This document shows, one piece after another, positions 59,541-64,000 of a stretch of DNA of 64,000 bases. The first letter of the stretch is position 1. Each line of letters begins with the position of its first letter. The stretch is from Somniosus microcephalus. Its lineage: Eukaryota. The translations under genes and the position numbers were made by a program. The notes below the pieces were generated by a model. It made no database searches. It was not told the origin of the DNA and saw nothing but the letters and a program-made list of their open reading frames with translations. The stretch is from positions 30,318,001 through 30,382,000 of the forward strand of contig CM126228.1 in assembly GCA_052327205.1 (NCBI GenBank), given 5' to 3'.

Positions 59541-61165
59541 ATAATGTTTTGGCCACTAAGAATGAACAAATAAAGAAACATGATTGTCACATTTCAGAAT
59601 TTCAAATTCTGCCACTACGGGACAACCTTGGTGTAGTATATGTTGAAAATTCTACTATTGAGTCAAATTTATCTCTCAGGGAATTAAGTTCACAGGATCA
59701 CATGGCTGGTAGATATATATAAGATTTCAGGTGGGGCAGCCAAATCAGCATCCTTCAGACAATGAACGATAACCTGACAGTCCAACAATCATTCACATTC
59801 ACTGGCATTACGGCGATCCTATTCATTTGAACTGAGCAGGAATCATTGCTGAGTTGGGATGGTGGATTTTGCTCTTGGAAGTGAGAAGTCAGTTTTAACT
59901 AAAAGCTGGCATTTGAGTCCGGCTTTTAAAAATAAGATAGTGAGAGAAAGGCTTTTGGACAGTGAGGTAGGCTGTGAGGGCATTGGTTTGTTAGATGGAA
60001 AGCTGTGAGGGCCTTAGCTGAAGTGCAGAGTTAAGAATGTGCAATTTAGGAAAACCTTACTTGACTTGTTTAAGTCAAGTAAGACAACGGACTGAATTGG
60101 AAAATTGTGTCTAGTTCTTAATTTTGTATCATTACACGGCGATAAGTTGTACTGATTGAACTCAATGATTCTAAGCATAACTATTGCTCTGTACATTCCT
60201 ACTGTGGAATAAAGCAGCTTAATAATTCAAACCAAGCCTCAATTACCCAGTGTTAACTGGGTCCATATCAGAGAGCCTGAAGATACACATGTGAAAGACA
60301 TGAGTGCCTGGTCCAGATCACAATGGGATGTTATTGTTACATCCCTGGGTTATGCCATCATAAAATTAGGAAAAAGGCAATATGAGTCAAGTTCCATAAA
60401 AGTAAAGTGCCCAGAATGATTAAGGGAGCGACTGCTGCCACTGAACTCGAGACGGCATATACAGCAGACCCAAATTCATAACAATGGGTATGTTGACTAG
60501 TACTATGTTAATGTTGGTCCCATTTCTGCCCACTTCAGATTTGTTATACAGATAGGTGGTATGCTGTCAAATGACATAATTTAAAAGATGACAAATGCTT
60601 TCAAACAGCTTTTCCATCTTAACTGCTTAAAGCACAACAAAGCATACTGTGGAGCTGAATAAACAACCTTGTTGAGTGTGTATTCCATTACTTGGGAAGA
60701 TCCATTTGTCTGAGTCAGTTCAAGGACATCCTGTTACTTAGTTGACCTATCCAAAGTATGTTGTTATCACCGTGTAATATGTAATCTTGTGCCCAAACAC
60801 TTACTTGGCCGTACAATACATAAAAGAAAATGGAGAAAGAAGTTGAAAGGGAAATTAAGAAATCAACCTTGAGCAGAATATTGTGCAAAATTGAAATGGT
60901 TTTGAGGATGCAGCAGAAAGATTACAAATGAGATGGATACCACATAAAGATAGGAAGAAAGTTTCAAAAACTGGACCAAGCATAGAGCTTAGAGAATGCA
61001 AAAGAAAACATAAGAAGAAAGGTTAACAAATTAATTCCTGACTAACTCAGTAAAGTTAGGATGCTGTCTTTCACTTCTAGGTCCCAGATTTAAATTCAGT
61101 ACATGGGAGGAAAGTTTTTCTCTGTTGGCTGTTAAGAGTCTTTGGTCAGTTGGGTTTTAGCCGTC

Positions 61166-61217
61166 ATGTGTGAGCGTGTGTGAGCGTGTTTGTGCATGTG
61201 TGTGAATGCGTGTGTGT
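61166..61217. repeat. Degenerate (TG)n microsatellite
   Basis: tgtgtgagcgtgtgtgagcgtgtttgtgcatgtgtgtg... Confidence 0.7.
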
Positions 61218-61960
61218 CAACAGCACAAATCTGCTAATAATTTGGAACACACTAGCACTAAAGTGTCTTCAGAAGGGTCATAAGGATAGCTGGCATGAAA
61301 AGTGAAAAGATTAACCTTTTGTGTAGTAGATGTTCTTTTGGAATCAGGTTTTCGGCACATTGTTAAAGCAGATTAGAGGGCATGTTACTCTGCAGTTGGT
61401 CTGCACTATACTTGGTGCATCGATACTTGATTCTAATGCTCTGTGCCAAAGTCTCAATTCGCCAGTACTGATATCCCTCACCACAAAGGCGCACATAAAT
61501 TCATCCCAAAACACTCCATCTTCTATTAGGTTAATGACTCTCACGTAGTCTTTCTCTCCTACCTTCAGGGAACAAAAACAAAATTCCATCTTACTGCATA
61601 AAGTGACTGGAACTCTGCAATGTCTTGTGTGTTTATTGAGTGTGAATTTGGAATGGCACGTGGCTTACTGGACTGACTGCTAAACTCAAGGCCGTGTCTC
61701 AGTAAACTTTAACTAGACCCATTGTTATATCCAAGCTTGGTAGCAGGGTGATCACCGTGTTGTATGAGAGCCAGTGTGTAATGCTAAAGGATCCTCATTA
61801 CTTGTGGTCCATGTAAGAAAAGAATTCTGTGCAGCTATAATAATTAGGTAAAATAATGGTTGCAAAGGACTGTAATGTCAGTACACACAATGTGTAGGAG
61901 AGAAGAAAATCAATGTCAATTATGCATGTAAACGCAGAGCAACAATTGCAATAATTTATA

Positions 61961-62490
61961 GGGCACGGCAGTGTAGTGGTTATAGTACTGAACTAGCAAC
62001 TCAGAGATTAAGGGCATCATTTTCAACTTCGATTCCTGGGCAGTGGAGAGGATTTCCTGCCCATTATAGAACTTGCCTGATGTTCATTCCAATTACTTCA
62101 GTGGAACAAAAATCGAGCTGGTTCTACAAGGAGGTGGGCCATCTGCTTTGCCAGGCTACCACCCAGGTAACAAGCTTGAAAATTGCCCCCCCGTGAGTTC
62201 AGATCCCAATTGGATACAGCAAGTTGGGAAACTGAATTCAATAAATCTGGCTGTTTGTGGGCTAGCGTCAGAAACAAAACGACCAAGAAGGCTGCTACAG
62301 ATGGTCATAAAAACCCAACTGGTTCACTAATGTCCACGCTATGTGGTTGACTCTTGGTACTCACTCAAGTTGCTTAGTAAGCCACTCAATTGCAGAAACA
62401 ACAATCCCTAAAAAGGTCCACCAACACCTTCTCAGGGCATCTAGGGGTGGGCAATAAATGCTGCCTAGCCCATGTCTCGAGAACAACTAA
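61961..62490 (+). mobile_element. tRNA-derived SINE (HE1-like) with a hairpin MITE inserted between its A and B boxes
   Basis: Head at 61961-62010 resumes at gtgagttcagatccc (62193); tail gggcaataaatgc. Confidence 0.62.
62011..62191. mobile_element. ~180-bp fold-back MITE
   Basis: Nested inverted pairs ttttcaa/ttgaaaa, cctggg/cccagg, gccca/tgggc, tagaac/gttcta, ttcca/tggaa. Confidence 0.6.
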
Positions 62491-63044
62491 ATAAATACAG
62501 AATTGGTGAGTCGCTTGCCCACCTGAGAAACATTTTTTCAAGTAGATGAGGAATGGGCAGAATGACTGCCTAGTTACTGCCGCAACAAGCAACTCCCCGC
62601 AAAGGATACCCATAAGCCTGTGATTTTCTATGAATGCCCCCAAGCGGGAGCTAGTAAAAGGTGGGAGTTCCCAGTGGCTGCCCAATTTTCTGCTGTCATT
62701 ACCAGCGTATTTAAATGAGGTGGTAGTGGTGCGCTGCTGTCATGTGTTTCATTTTCTATCATCGCCGCTTTGCTTACACCCAACACCTATCACGTCCTCA
62801 CTCTCCGTCTTCCTCCTGAGCTCCTTTGGCCAACCTGTGCACTAGTCACCCTGTGCACTCCCCTCTGGCTCATTATCAAATACCCGACAGGTGGATGCTT
62901 CTTAGCTGGTGCTTGGGAGGGAAGGAGTGGTTTCCAGGGCACGTGATTAAGAAGCAGAGGAAATGATTCCCCGATGCCTACGGGTGTGTACGCGCTGTGT
63001 ACATCGGAAATGCCGGTTTCAGGCATGCAAAGTGCACTTGGGGG

Positions 63045-64000
63045 AGTGTTTGCTAGTGCTGTGGGGGAGGGTTTAAACTAAAATGGCAGGAGGCTGGGAA
63101 CCTGAGCAGGGAGACAAAGGAAAGGGAAACAAGGATAGAAGCAAAAGACAGGAAGGAGAAAAACAAAGGTGGCAATCAGGGAAATCAAGGGTTTAAAACA
63201 AACATGGCCACAGTAAATAATAATTCTAAAAGGTCTAAGAGCGTTAAAAAAACAAGCCTGAAGGCTTTGTGTCTTAATGCAAGGAGCATTCGTAATAAGC
63301 TGGATGAATTTGCAGCACAAATAGAGGTAAATGAATATGATATGATTGGAATAACGGAAACATGGCTCCAGGGGGACCAAGGCTGGGAACTCAACATCCA
63401 GGGGTATTCAATATTCAGGAAAGATAGGCAAAAAGGAAAGGGAGGTGGGGTAGCATTGCTGGTTAAAGAGGGGATTAACACAATTGTAAGGAAAGATATT
63501 GGCTCTGATGATGTGGAATCTGTATGGGTAGAACTAAGAAATACCAAAGGGCAGAAAACATTAATGGGAGTGGTGTATAGACCCCCAAACAGTAATGCAG
63601 AGGTTGGGGATGGCATTAAAAGGGAAATTAGAGAAGCGTGCAATAAGGGCACAGCAGTCATCATGGGTGACTTTAATCTACATATAGATTGAGCTAACCA
63701 AATTAGTAACAATACTGTGGAGGAGGAATTCCTGGAGTGTATACGGGATGGTTTCCTGGACCAATATGTTGAGGAACCAACTAGGGATCAGGCCATCTTA
63801 GACTGGGTATTATGCAATGAGAAAGGATTAATTAGCAATCTTGTTGTGCGAGGCCCCTTGGGTCGGAGCGATCATAATATGATAGAATTCTTCATTGAGA
63901 TGGAGAATGAAGTAGTTGACTCAGAGACTAAGGTCCTAAATTTAAATAAAGGGAACTATGAGGGTATGAGATGCGAGTTGGGTAGGATTGATTGGGGAAT
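63045..64000 (+). mobile_element. CR1 LINE: ORF1 end plus ORF2 endonuclease, runs off the window
   Basis: ...FASAVGEGLN* ends at 63081; ORF2 with NARS/ITETW/GDFN; TGA at 63690 replaces Trp. Confidence 0.92.

Overview
Repeat-dense, apparently non-genic vertebrate DNA. The repeat complement (CR1 LINEs with (TTCTTATG)n tails, Deu-domain and HE1-like SINEs) points to a shark/elasmobranch genome. No host exon could be called with confidence. Main contents: (i) a near-full-length CR1 LINE with intact ORF1 (Zn-finger/leucine zipper/SGNH esterase) and ORF2 (APE-RT), plus about 10 CR1 fragments; (ii) a young Gypsy LTR element (33628-42764, LTRs differ at about 1 nt) whose integrase tail is split by an apparently intact two-gene PIF/Harbinger transposon (37637-41987); (iii) a second full-length Harbinger (10667-14869), an in-frame internally deleted one (from 7246), decayed copies and at least four Harbinger-type MITE families; (iv) two Penelope-type short repeats, one with an intact minimal hammerhead core. 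Best lead: in two divergent CR1 copies ORF1 ends in an in-frame T TTA AAC slippery heptamer directly before its stop, and ORF2 is open in the -1 frame from that point, which suggests programmed -1 frameshifting into an ORF1-ORF2 fusion. All alignments were done by eye; boundaries of decayed repeats are approximate.
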